Shown here: positions 1 to 9,308 of the stretch, piece after piece
Layout of the letters: every line of letters begins with the position of its first letter
How positions within the stretch are numbered: the first letter of the stretch is position 1
From: Pseudobdellovibrionaceae bacterium
GTDB taxonomy: Bacteria; Bdellovibrionota; Bdellovibrionia; Bdellovibrionales; Bdellovibrionaceae
Direction of reading: 5' to 3'
Assembly (NCBI GenBank): GCA_044359815.1
Contig: JBIKLL010000054.1
Location: 1-19,066 of the forward strand
DNA: 19,066 bases
Made by a program: the position numbers and the translations under genes
The notes under the pieces: generated by a model
What the model saw: the letters and a program-made list of their open reading frames with translations, nothing else
Database searches by the model: none
Told to the model about the DNA's origin: nothing

Positions 1-181
1 TATTTGAAAATACAAAATCTGGCTTCAGAAAACTAACCCTAGACTGATTAATTGCTTTTAAGTTTATGACACAATACGAGAGATGAGCTTGCGGCCGTTA
101 GCAAGTATTCACAAGGTGTAAAATCATAGAAATATTTAAAAATATAAATTCGGTCTTCTGTCTTTATTGATTTCAACTGCC

Positions 182-1579
182 CTACATTTGGCGCGCGCGC
201 TTGTCGACGGCCAGTGCCGCCTCACGCACGACTTCGTTCAATGTCGGATGGGCATGGAAACTTCTGGCCAGATCTTCGCTGCTGCCGCCAAATTCCATAC
301 ACACAACGATCTCACCCAACAGCTCAGAAGCTCTGGCTCCAGTGATATGGCCACCAATTATGCGATCAGTTTTTTTATCAGTTATGATTTTAACCAAACC
401 ATCTGTGGCTCCCAATGCTTTAGCTCTGCCATTTGCCATATACGGAAAAGTTCCTACAGCATAATCGATATCCGATTCTTTGGCTTGCTCTTCAGTCAAA
501 CCCACACTGGCAACTTCTGGATAAGTGTAAATCACCGATGGAACTGTGTTGTAATTAACATGTCCAGCCTGACCCACCAGCATTTCAGCCAAAGCAACGC
601 CTTCGTCCTCGGCCTTGTGAGCCAGCATAGGCCCTGGAATTAAATCGCCAATGGCATAGATTCCAGGCACATTTGTTTGAAAATGATGATCGACTTTTAC
701 AAAGCCTCTGTTGTCTTTTTCGACTCCGACTGATTCAAGCCCTAGGCCTTCTGAAAAAGGCTTTCTGCCGGTGCTGACTAACACCACATTGCCGTCGATG
801 GTTCCCTTTGATTTATCACCCAGGTTTTCAAATTCCAAAGTAACACCGTCAGAATTTGTCTTTGAGCCAGTGACCTTGGTGTTAAATAAAAACTTCATCC
901 CCTGCTTTGCCAGGATTTTTTGCAAAACTGTGATCATCTGTGTGTCCATGGTGGGGCAAAGCCTGTCAGCGTATTCAACGACTGTGACCTCTGATCCCAG
1001 CCGCATCCAAACTGAACCCAGCTCCAGACCAATCACTCCGCCACCAACTACCAATAATTTTTTAGGAACCTGAGATAAAGACAGTGCCCCTGTTGATGAA
1101 ACAATTTTCTGCTGATCAAATTTTAAAAAGGGCAGCTCTGTCGGCACACTGCCTGTCGCACAAATTATGTGTTTAGCTTCAATAACCTTTTTTTGTCCGT
1201 CTTCGCCTGTGACCTCAACCTGTCCCGGTTTCAAAATTTTACCATAGCCCTTAAAGCTTTCTATTTTATTTTTTTTGAATAAAAATGAAATCCCTTGGGT
1301 TAAATCTTTTACGATTTTTTCTTTGCGTGACAACATGGTTGGCAAATCCAATTCGACTTTGGAAGCTTTCACCCCGTGAACTGACAGATTATGACCAGCC
1401 ATATGAAAAAATTCAGAACTTTCCAGCAATGCCTTTGAAGGAATGCATCCCACATTCAAACAGGTCCCTCCAAAGGTTTTATCCTTTTCAATGACTGCTG
1501 TTTTTAAATTAAGCTGAGCACAACGAATGGCACAGACATACCCACCAGGACCGCTTCCAATAATCACTACATCAAACAT
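182..1579 (-). CDS. lpdA: Dihydrolipoamide dehydrogenase (E3)
   Basis: 465 aa. N-terminal GSGPGG FAD motif, redox-active GGTCLNVGCIPSK, NAD-binding GGGVIG and C-terminal HPTLNE. GAGG SD upstream; directly follows sucB. Confidence 0.97.
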   Translation of the reverse strand: MFDVVIIGSGPGGYVCAIRCAQLNLKTAVIEKDKTFGGTCLNVGCIPSKALLESSEFFHMAGHNLSVHGVKASKVELDLPTMLSRKEKIVKDLTQGISFLFKKNKIESFKGYGKILKPGQVEVTGEDGQKKVIEAKHIICATGSVPTELPFLKFDQQKIVSSTGALSLSQVPKKLLVVGGGVIGLELGSVWMRLGSEVTVVEYADRLCPTMDTQMITVLQKILAKQGMKFLFNTKVTGSKTNSDGVTLEFENLGDKSKGTIDGNVVLVSTGRKPFSEGLGLESVGVEKDNRGFVKVDHHFQTNVPGIYAIGDLIPGPMLAHKAEDEGVALAEMLVGQAGHVNYNTVPSVIYTYPEVASVGLTEEQAKESDIDYAVGTFPYMANGRAKALGATDGLVKIITDKKTDRIIGGHITGARASELLGEIVVCMEFGGSSEDLARSFHAHPTLNEVVREAALAVDKRARQM

Positions 1580-1587
1580 TTATTACC

Positions 1588-2844
1588 TCAAATTTCTAAT
1601 ACTAATCGCTCAGGATCCTCGACACACTCTTTGATGCGCACTAAAAAGCTCACCGCTTCTTTGCCATCAATGATTCTGTGATCGTAACTAAGGGCCACAT
1701 ACATCATCGGTCTGATTTCAACCTTGCCATTCAGGGCAATAGGGCGATCTTCAATTTTATGCATTCCCAAAATCGCAACCTGAGGTGGATTTAAAATCGG
1801 CGTCGACATAAGGCTTCCGTAAACTCCACCATTTGAAATCGTAAAGGTTCCACCGCTTAAATCATCAATTGTGATTTTACCGTCGCGGGCTTTGGTAGCA
1901 AATTCTTTAATCTTAAGTTCAATCTGTGCCACTGATAATTGATCAGCGTCCTTGATCACAGGAACGATCAATCCCTTTTCGGTACCGACTGCTACGGCTA
2001 CGTTGTAATAGTTTTTGTAAACGATATCAGTTCCCTCGATCTGAGCATTAACCATAGGCCAATCGCGAAGGGCCTCGATAGTCGCTTTAATAAAAAATCC
2101 CATAAAGCCTAAACTGATCCCGTATTTTTCTTTGAAACGTTCTTTGTATTTAGATCTCAGATCTAAAACATTAGTCATATCGATTTCGTTAAAAGTCGTC
2201 AGAATCGCAGCCGTGTGCTGGGCCTGAACTAATCTTTCAGCGATGCGCTTTCTGATTGTAGTCATAGGAACGCGCTTTTCATCGCCCTGTCTGCTGGGAC
2301 CACGAGGAGCAATATCAATAACTTTGGCCGGTGCAGATTGTTTTTGCGCAGCAGGCGCTGGAGCAACCGCTCCTGGCGTGGCGTTCATCACATCACCTTT
2401 TGTCAGCCTGCCACCACGGCCAGTTCCTGACATTCCTGTGGTGTCCAGATTTTTTTCGCTGACAATTTTCTGAACAGCTGGTGACAAATGTCCATTACCA
2501 TTCGAGCTGCCCGCCGACATTGTTGGCGGCGGTGGAGGTGGCGCAGATTTGCCAGTTGATGGAGGAGCCGTCGGTTTTGTTTTTTCCGCTGCAGCTACCG
2601 TGGCCCTACCTTCACTGTCTATGGTAGCTACCACTGTGCCGATAGGTACTGTTTTACCTTGATCAACTGTGATTGTTAAAACGCCTTCCTGTTCTGCCAC
2701 AACCTCAACGCTGGCTTTATCCGTTTCAACTGACAGCAAAACATCATTTCGTTTGATTTGTTCACCCGATTTTTTAAGCCACTGTCCAATCACAGCCTCT
2801 GTGATGGATTCACCCACTGCTGGAATCTTTACGTCGTACTTCAC
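1588..2844 (-). CDS. sucB: 2-oxoglutarate dehydrogenase E2, dihydrolipoyllysine succinyltransferase
   Basis: 418 aa. Lipoyl motif VETDKA, Pro/Ala linker, E3-binding [13 protein letters not shown], catalytic DHRIIDG. GTG start with GGAGG SD. Confidence 0.97.
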   Translation of the reverse strand: MKYDVKIPAVGESITEAVIGQWLKKSGEQIKRNDVLLSVETDKASVEVVAEQEGVLTITVDQGKTVPIGTVVATIDSEGRATVAAAEKTKPTAPPSTGKSAPPPPPPTMSAGSSNGNGHLSPAVQKIVSEKNLDTTGMSGTGRGGRLTKGDVMNATPGAVAPAPAAQKQSAPAKVIDIAPRGPSRQGDEKRVPMTTIRKRIAERLVQAQHTAAILTTFNEIDMTNVLDLRSKYKERFKEKYGISLGFMGFFIKATIEALRDWPMVNAQIEGTDIVYKNYYNVAVAVGTEKGLIVPVIKDADQLSVAQIELKIKEFATKARDGKITIDDLSGGTFTISNGGVYGSLMSTPILNPPQVAILGMHKIEDRPIALNGKVEIRPMMYVALSYDHRIIDGKEAVSFLVRIKECVEDPERLVLEI

Positions 2845-2871
2845 TGAAAACCTCCAAATAGTTTTAAAAAT

Positions 2872-5628
2872 TTAAATCGAAAAAAGCCCTTGAATGATAG
2901 CAGCCTGTTCTTTCTTGTGTTTGTATTCTGATCCTGTAGCTGGCGATGACCGCTCACCACGACCCACATAGCTCAGATTTAATTTCATGCCTTCAGACTG
3001 AACCATTTCTGACAGCTTAAAATAAACGTGATTCCAAGCTCCCATGTTTTTAGGTTCTTCTTGCACCCAAACTAAATTTTTTAAATTAGGATAGGTTTTA
3101 ATATTGGCAAGCACACTGGCAATCGGGGTTGGATAAATCTGCTCCATCCGCCCCAAAGCTGTTCGGACATTATTGGTTTTTTGCTGCTCATCCAATAGTT
3201 CGTAATAAATTTTGCCAGAACAAATCGCCAAAGTTTCAACCTTGGATGCATCCTTCAGATTTTTATCACCAATGTATTCATTAAAAGTTCCTTGAGCCAA
3301 TTCCTCGAGCGTCGATACGGCCTTAGGATGTCTGAGCAAGCTTTTTGGCGACATCACAATCAGTGGCTTTCTGAATTCACGCCTCATTTGTCTTCTGAGC
3401 GCATGATAAATCTGAGCAGGCGTCGTTAAATTACAAACCTGCATATTGTTTTGTGCACACATTTGCAAAAATCTTTCAAGCCTTGCTGAAGAATGCTCAG
3501 GCCCCTGACCTTCGTAACCGTGTGGCAGTAACAAAACCAATCCACACATTTGCTGCCATTTTGATTCTGCGCTGGAAATAAACTGATCAATGATGATCTG
3601 AGCGCCGTTAGCAAAATCACCAAACTGCGCTTCCCAAATTGTCAAAAATGTTGGATCACATGTTGCGTTTCCGTATTCAAAACCTAAAACGCCGTATTCG
3701 GACAAAATAGAATCATAAACGCAAAATTCAACCTTATCCCCGTTGATTTGATCCAAAGCCGCAAAGGGCTCGCCAGTTTTAACATCATACAAACCAGCAT
3801 GCCTGTGAGTGAATGTCCCTCGCACACAGTCTTGTCCTGTGATTCGCACGCTGGAACCCTCGGCCAACAATGTCCCATAGGCACACAGTTCAGCGGTTCC
3901 CCAATCTAAAAGCTCTTTGCCCTCGCCCATGGCTTTACGGGTTTCTAAAAGCTTGATCAGTTTCGGGTGCGGAGTGAATCCCTGAGGTACCATCGACAAA
4001 AGCTGACAGATTTTTTTAAGTTCCTTGATATCAAATGTTGTATCCGTCGGTTTAGTCACATCATCAGGTTTGGCCTTGCGATAGCCTTTCCAGAATCCAT
4101 CAAATTTAAAAGGCTCAACCTTGGGTGGATTTTCCTTGGTGTGTTCGTAAATTTTCTGCAGGTTTTCCATTTTCTCGTTAAAAAGCGCTTCATAAAAAGC
4201 AGCATCTATGACTTTTTCATGCTGCAATTGTTTTCCGTAAATTTCCCTCAATGTCGGATGCTTTTTGATCAAATCATACATCAATGGCTGAGTGTAAGCA
4301 GGTTCATCGCCTTCGTTGTGACCGTAACGTCTGTAACAAACCACATTGATGACGATATCACGACCCCACTCCTGTCTGAATCTGGCTGCGATATCCATTG
4401 CGCGAACGCAGGCTTCAGCATCATCACCGTTTACATGCAAAACCGGAGTTGCTAAAACTTTTGAAATATCCGAACAGTAATGTGAGCTTCTGCCGTTTTC
4501 AGGATTTGTTGTAAAGCCAACTTGGTTATCAACAGCGATATGGATTGTTCCACCGACTGTGTAGCCCTTAACATGAGCCATCTGAAATGTTTCTGCCACC
4601 ACGCCTTGTCCAGCAAATGCAGCATCACCGTGAATCAATACTGGGATAACTGTTTTTCGCTGAGCTGTGTCCTTGCGGCGTCTTTGAGCCGCGCGCACCA
4701 TCCCCAAAACAACGGGATTCACAGCTTCCAGATGACTGGGGTTGAAAGCCAAAGTCACTTTGACTTTTCCGTTTGGAGTTTCCTTTTCGCTCGAATAACC
4801 CAAATGGTATTTTACATCACCATCAAAATCATCAATGGGCTCAGATGTTTCAGTCGTTCCGTTGAAATCAGAAAAAATATATTCAATGGCCTTGCCCATA
4901 AAATTAGCCAACACATTTACTCGCCCCCTGTGAGCCATCCCAATCATAAGCTCTTGCACACCCAGGGCGGAACCTCTGCGAACTAAAATTTCTAACATCG
5001 GCATTAAGGCATCGCCGCCTTCAATGGAAAATCTTTTTTTGCCGACGTATCTGGAATGAATAAATTTTTCTAAGCTTTCAGCGCGAGTGATAGAATGAAA
5101 GACTTCCTTTTTTTCATCAGCTGACAATTTAAATGTTGCAGCCCCTTGTTCGAATTCTTTGATAAACCAATTTCTGACCTCAGGCAGAGCTTCTGCACAC
5201 TGAACCGTCAGTTTACCACAATAACTGGATCGCAAATGCTGAATGATTTCCCGAAGAGTTGCACCGGGCTTACCGATGATTGATCCAATTTGAAAACTCT
5301 GATTTAAATCAGCTTCTGATAAATTAAATCTTTTAAGGCTCAGTTGATCACTGGGGGCTGGAGTGTTGGTCAGTGGGTCCATATCAGCTTCAAAGTGCCC
5401 GTAGTTTCTGTAGGCAGAAATCAAATGGTAAACATCCAGCTCTTTTTCTGACAAACCAAAATTGTTTGATTGACCAAATTCAACGCCTTCAAAAAATTTT
5501 TTCCATTCAACGGTGACTGAATCAGGATTGCCTTTAAACTGCTGATACAACTCCTCGATGTATTCCATATTTCCGCGAGATGCGTAGTTTGCTGAAATAC
5601 TTTTTCCGTTAGAATGTTCTTGTGCCAC
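2872..5628 (-). CDS. sucA: 2-oxoglutarate dehydrogenase E1
   Basis: 918 aa. KRFSIEG, GMAHRGR, GDVKYHLG, ThDP motif HGDAAFAGQG, WEAQFGDFANGAQ, LPHGYEGQGPEHSSAR. GTG start with AGAGG SD. Confidence 0.98.
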   Translation of the reverse strand: MAQEHSNGKSISANYASRGNMEYIEELYQQFKGNPDSVTVEWKKFFEGVEFGQSNNFGLSEKELDVYHLISAYRNYGHFEADMDPLTNTPAPSDQLSLKRFNLSEADLNQSFQIGSIIGKPGATLREIIQHLRSSYCGKLTVQCAEALPEVRNWFIKEFEQGAATFKLSADEKKEVFHSITRAESLEKFIHSRYVGKKRFSIEGGDALMPMLEILVRRGSALGVQELMIGMAHRGRVNVLANFMGKAIEYIFSDFNGTTETSEPIDDFDGDVKYHLGYSSEKETPNGKVKVTLAFNPSHLEAVNPVVLGMVRAAQRRRKDTAQRKTVIPVLIHGDAAFAGQGVVAETFQMAHVKGYTVGGTIHIAVDNQVGFTTNPENGRSSHYCSDISKVLATPVLHVNGDDAEACVRAMDIAARFRQEWGRDIVINVVCYRRYGHNEGDEPAYTQPLMYDLIKKHPTLREIYGKQLQHEKVIDAAFYEALFNEKMENLQKIYEHTKENPPKVEPFKFDGFWKGYRKAKPDDVTKPTDTTFDIKELKKICQLLSMVPQGFTPHPKLIKLLETRKAMGEGKELLDWGTAELCAYGTLLAEGSSVRITGQDCVRGTFTHRHAGLYDVKTGEPFAALDQINGDKVEFCVYDSILSEYGVLGFEYGNATCDPTFLTIWEAQFGDFANGAQIIIDQFISSAESKWQQMCGLVLLLPHGYEGQGPEHSSARLERFLQMCAQNNMQVCNLTTPAQIYHALRRQMRREFRKPLIVMSPKSLLRHPKAVSTLEELAQGTFNEYIGDKNLKDASKVETLAICSGKIYYELLDEQQKTNNVRTALGRMEQIYPTPIASVLANIKTYPNLKNLVWVQEEPKNMGAWNHVYFKLSEMVQSEGMKLNLSYVGRGERSSPATGSEYKHKKEQAAIIQGLFSI

Positions 5629-5668
5629 GATGAACCTCTTTGTTGCGTCTCATATTACTTATTTAAAA

Positions 5669-5697
5669 TTGCTTTTTTTAAACCGCCCCCATATTAT
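5669..5697 (+). promoter_or_regulatory. Putative sigma70-type promoter for gpmA-hutI
   Basis: TTGCTT (5669-5674), 17 bp, TATTAT (5692-5697), about 30 nt upstream of the gpmA ATG in the divergent sucA/gpmA spacer. Confidence 0.5.
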
Positions 5698-5726
5698 CAA
5701 TTTTTCTTTAGAAACTGTAGGTATTT

Positions 5727-6491
5727 ATGAAAACCAATAAACTGGTATTGATCAGACACGGCGAAAGTTTGTGGAACAAAGAAAACCGCTTCACCGGATG
5801 GCAGGACATTGATTTGTCCGCCAAAGGTCTAGAGGAAGCAAAATCTGCAGGGAAAACGATCAAAAATTTTTGCCAAGAACACAAAATCGAATTCGACCTT
5901 TGTTACACTTCATTTTTACGCAGGGCCATCAGAACTTTGTGGGAAATTCAGGACCAAATGGACCGTCTGTGGCTGCCTGTTAAAAAGGATTGGCGATTAA
6001 ATGAGCGACACTATGGCGCGTTGACCGGTTTAAACAAGGCCGAAACTGCAGCAAAACACGGAGAAGACCAGGTTAAAATCTGGAGACGCAGTTACGACAC
6101 ACCACCACCACCGATGGAAAAAACTGACCCAAGGCATCCAGGCTCTGATCTGCGATACAAAAATGTTGATCAAAAACTTTTACCAAACAGTGAATCACTG
6201 AAAGACACCGTAAAACGTTTTTTGCCATTGTGGGAAACCGAGATTTCGCCACTAGTTAAAAATAATCAGAAAATCCTGATCGCCGCTCACGGCAACAGTT
6301 TGAGGGCTCTGGTGCAACATCTGGAAAATTTATCTCCTGCTGAAATTATGGAAATTAATATCCCTACTGGAATCCCCTTTGTTTATGAATTGGACAGCAA
6401 TCTGAAGGTCGTTTCAAAAAAATATTTGGGTGACGAAAAGGCCATAGCAGAAGCCATGAATCATGTTTCTAACCAAGGCAAAGCAAAATAA
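5727..6491 (+). CDS. gpmA: 2,3-bisphosphoglycerate-dependent phosphoglycerate mutase
   Basis: 254 aa. [27 protein letters not shown] and AHGNSLR motifs. Confidence 0.97.
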   Translation: MKTNKLVLIRHGESLWNKENRFTGWQDIDLSAKGLEEAKSAGKTIKNFCQEHKIEFDLCYTSFLRRAIRTLWEIQDQMDRLWLPVKKDWRLNERHYGALTGLNKAETAAKHGEDQVKIWRRSYDTPPPPMEKTDPRHPGSDLRYKNVDQKLLPNSESLKDTVKRFLPLWETEISPLVKNNQKILIAAHGNSLRALVQHLENLSPAEIMEINIPTGIPFVYELDSNLKVVSKKYLGDEKAIAEAMNHVSNQGKAK

Positions 6492-6494
6492 TAA

Positions 6495-7838
6495 ATGCCA
6501 AAGTCGCTGATGCCAGTAAATAAAAAGAGACCGCTGCAACAATCCAAACCGACATCTAAAAAACCCACTCAAACACCAATGCCCCTGACGATCTTTAAAA
6601 ACATTGGCACTTTGCTGACTCTGCAAGGCGCTCGCATAAAGCAGGGCCGCAAAATCACAGAGTCTGATTTATCTATCATTCCCAATGCCGCCATTGTGAT
6701 CGAAGGCGAAGTTATAAAATGGGTAGGCCCCGAAAAAAATCTTCAGAAAGATTTTTTATCAAAAAACAAAGTCAAAAAAATTAAATCCATCGACATTAAA
6801 GGCCGCACGGTTTTGCCAGGTTTGATTGAATGCCACACTCACAGTTTGTTTGCAGGATCCAGATCCCACGAATTTGAACAAAGACTTCGTGGGGTGACCT
6901 ATCAGGAAATCGCAAAACAAGGTGGAGGGATTTTATCCACTGTCAAAAACACCAGGGCCTTAAAAACCGCTCAGCTGAAAAACGTTTTGACTGAAAACAT
7001 CGCAAAATTTTGCAGCCAAGGCGTCACCACCATAGAAATCAAAACAGGCTATGGGCTGGATAAAAAATCAGAAACTGAGGGCTTGAAGGTCATCAATAGC
7101 ATCGACTCCCCCAGGGTGATCAGCACTTTTTTGGGAGCTCATGCCATCGCCCCAGAGTTTCAGGATGAAAAAAGCTATTTGGATTTTCTGACATCATTAT
7201 TACCAGAAATCAAAAAACACACCGAGCGTTTGGATATTTATATTGAACGGGGATTTTTTAGTTTTAAAAACTCTGAAGCTTTTTTGAACTCGGCTAAAAA
7301 ACTGGGTTTTGATATTTTGATTCACGCCAATCAGTTGTCACCTTCTAACAATGAATCCCCGGCCGGCGTGGAAGCCGCACTGAAAATCGGCGCTGTTAGC
7401 TGCGAACACGTGATCCATCTATCAGACACTCAGATAAAAAAATTGGCTCACAGTGAAATCACCTGCGTGCTTTTGCCCACTGCCGACCTGTACATGAGAT
7501 GCGATTACCCCAATGCCAGAAAACTAATTGACGAAGGCGCCCGTGTCGCCCTGGCCACGGATTTTAACCCCGGGACATCTCCATCGCCCAGTGTGGATTT
7601 AGCGGGATTGCTGGCAAGACTTCAAATGAACATGTCGTTACCAGAAGTCATTTGTGCCTACACTGTGGGAGCGGCCTTTGCCCTGAAATTGGAAAATCAA
7701 TGTGGTTCGATAGAATCAAATATGAGTGCTGATTTTTTAATCACATCTGAAAAATGGACTGATTTGTTTTACGAGATCGGTCCAAAGTCTTGCCGTGAAG
7801 TGTATTATAAAGGCCGAAGACTAAATTTAACGCATTGA
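6495..7838 (+). CDS. hutI: Imidazolonepropionase (histidine utilisation amidohydrolase)
   Basis: 447 aa. CHTH metal motif, EFEQRLRGVTYQEIAKQGGGI, GVTTIEIKTGYGL, LGAHA, HANQL, ATDFNPG. ATG is 3 nt after the gpmA stop; alternative start is ATG 6579. Confidence 0.93.
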   Translation: MPKSLMPVNKKRPLQQSKPTSKKPTQTPMPLTIFKNIGTLLTLQGARIKQGRKITESDLSIIPNAAIVIEGEVIKWVGPEKNLQKDFLSKNKVKKIKSIDIKGRTVLPGLIECHTHSLFAGSRSHEFEQRLRGVTYQEIAKQGGGILSTVKNTRALKTAQLKNVLTENIAKFCSQGVTTIEIKTGYGLDKKSETEGLKVINSIDSPRVISTFLGAHAIAPEFQDEKSYLDFLTSLLPEIKKHTERLDIYIERGFFSFKNSEAFLNSAKKLGFDILIHANQLSPSNNESPAGVEAALKIGAVSCEHVIHLSDTQIKKLAHSEITCVLLPTADLYMRCDYPNARKLIDEGARVALATDFNPGTSPSPSVDLAGLLARLQMNMSLPEVICAYTVGAAFALKLENQCGSIESNMSADFLITSEKWTDLFYEIGPKSCREVYYKGRRLNLTH

Positions 7839-7964
7839 AGTGTAAAAATATTTTTTCTGTCATCATCTTAAAATTCCTTTGCAATATGGGTCATCGTCTT
7901 TCTAGTCTTAACTTATCACAGCAAATGCAAGTGATGCCATGAAAGGCGACACGGAGGTAGCACC

Positions 7965-8390
7965 TTGATGACAACCAGTTATTCTACACTTATGCAGTCT
8001 AAATTTTTTAATCCAGCTTTTGATTCGGCCATTTTTGATGGACCTATCAGAATTTATTTTTCACATGCGCAAGAGCCTGCAGCGTTGAAACTGTATTTTC
8101 AGATTCAACAAAAGCTGACTACTAGCCTTGAGGCATTGAAGAACATCGAAATTCACACAGGCAATCTGATTGTTCTGATTTACCCAACTAAAGAAAGCTA
8201 TTTACAGGTGAATGATCAAGAATTTGTCGAAGACTTTTTTGTCGACAATTTGGGTATCGACCGCGTTCTGGGTATTTGTGGCCCTGTGGATGACGAGCAA
8301 TTAGATCAAGCATTAAATCATTCAGATAAACAATTAGGGGTGCTGTTTGTATCTGCACAAAAAGAGCGACCACCGTTTTTGGAATCTTAA
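7965..8390 (+). CDS. Hypothetical cytoplasmic protein
   Basis: 141-aa ORF with a strong GGAGG SD at 7953-7957 (start TTG 7965 or ATG 7968). Globular composition, no motif recognised. Confidence 0.75.
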   Translation: MMTTSYSTLMQSKFFNPAFDSAIFDGPIRIYFSHAQEPAALKLYFQIQQKLTTSLEALKNIEIHTGNLIVLIYPTKESYLQVNDQEFVEDFFVDNLGIDRVLGICGPVDDEQLDQALNHSDKQLGVLFVSAQKERPPFLES

Positions 8391-8568
8391 AAAACAATCA
8401 GGTCAGATCGTAGTTGAATACGTTTTGTTGTTAGCCGTAGCGGTTTCAATGGCCGTGATTGCTATTAGTGTTTTGGTCAAAAGAAGTGACGACGTCGAAG
8501 ACTCGGGAGCCTTGATCAAAAGATGGCTTTCCATCCAACAAAAAATCGGCTCAGACACTCCGCCTTAG
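8347..8568 (+). CDS. Small Flp/TadE-like prepilin (class III signal peptide)
   Basis: Basic leader KKQSG, cleavage after G, then QIVVEY with Glu at +5 and Tyr at +6, followed by one hydrophobic helix. Overlaps the upstream ORF by 44 nt; start uncertain. Confidence 0.75.
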   Translation: MYLHKKSDHRFWNLKKQSGQIVVEYVLLLAVAVSMAVIAISVLVKRSDDVEDSGALIKRWLSIQQKIGSDTPP

Positions 8569-8662
8569 ATTTCGATTTCTGATTTTACAATAAATTGCAA
8601 AGACACTCTTTGACTTGGTAGCTTTATAAACATAATTGTAATCTGTAATAGTGAGGTGCACT

Positions 8663-9205
8663 TTGAAACATTTCTTATCATTTGCGATCGTGTTCTTATC
8701 AGTATTGCCATTGTGTTTTGCCAATAAACACGAACACAAAAAAGACAGGGGCCAAAAACACCTTCGTGCCCATGTTCATGGCAGTGGCAATCTAAATATT
8801 GCCTTTGATAAAACAAACGGAAAAATAGAATTTAAATCGTCTGCAGATGCAATTTTAGGATTTGAGCACAATCCAAAATCTGAATCTGAAATTAAACTGC
8901 TGACAGAGACAATTGATAGTTTTAAAAAACAGGCTTCTGACTGGATTAGTTTTGACAAAAAAACCAACTGCATATTTGAAAATGAGCTTGCTGATTTAGT
9001 TGTTGATAAAGATGACCAAAGCCATGCTGATTTCACAGCTGTTTACAAAATAAAGTGTACCGAAAGCCCTTTGGGCTCAAAGCTGAAAATAGATTTCTCT
9101 AAATTCAAAAATTTAAAAAATTTGGATATTGCACTCATAATTGATGATGTTCAGAAGTCAGCTAAATACAAAGGCAAATTCCTAGAAATTTTGCTGGGCA
9201 AATAA
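8663..9205 (+). CDS. Exported His-rich zinc-uptake-associated protein, DUF2796/ZrgA-like
   Basis: Signal peptide MKHFLSFAIVFLSVLPLCFA, then KHEHKK...HLRAHVHG, LGFEH, a Cys, and HADFTAVYKIKC. TTG 8663 follows a GAGG SD (ORF track starts at GTG 8651). Confidence 0.8.
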   Translation: MKHFLSFAIVFLSVLPLCFANKHEHKKDRGQKHLRAHVHGSGNLNIAFDKTNGKIEFKSSADAILGFEHNPKSESEIKLLTETIDSFKKQASDWISFDKKTNCIFENELADLVVDKDDQSHADFTAVYKIKCTESPLGSKLKIDFSKFKNLKNLDIALIIDDVQKSAKYKGKFLEILLGK

Positions 9206-9308
9206 TTATTAGAATGATCAATAATACAGATATTCCTTAGTATTTTTTGGGTTTAAAATGATTGGTATCAGGTCTCTCGAAGTAAAAGCTGTTGCATTAC
9301 AATCATTG

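Noticed and set aside
167..4986. Antisense and alternate-frame ORFs over lpdA, sucB and sucA (e.g. 167-643, 711-1073, 3967-4455, 4522-4986)
   Set aside because: Shadow frames of highly conserved genes with no recognisable motifs.
7925..7940. TGGCATCACTTGCA on the minus strand as a sigma54 promoter
   Set aside because: GG-to-GC spacing is 2 nt too short and it points antisense into hutI.
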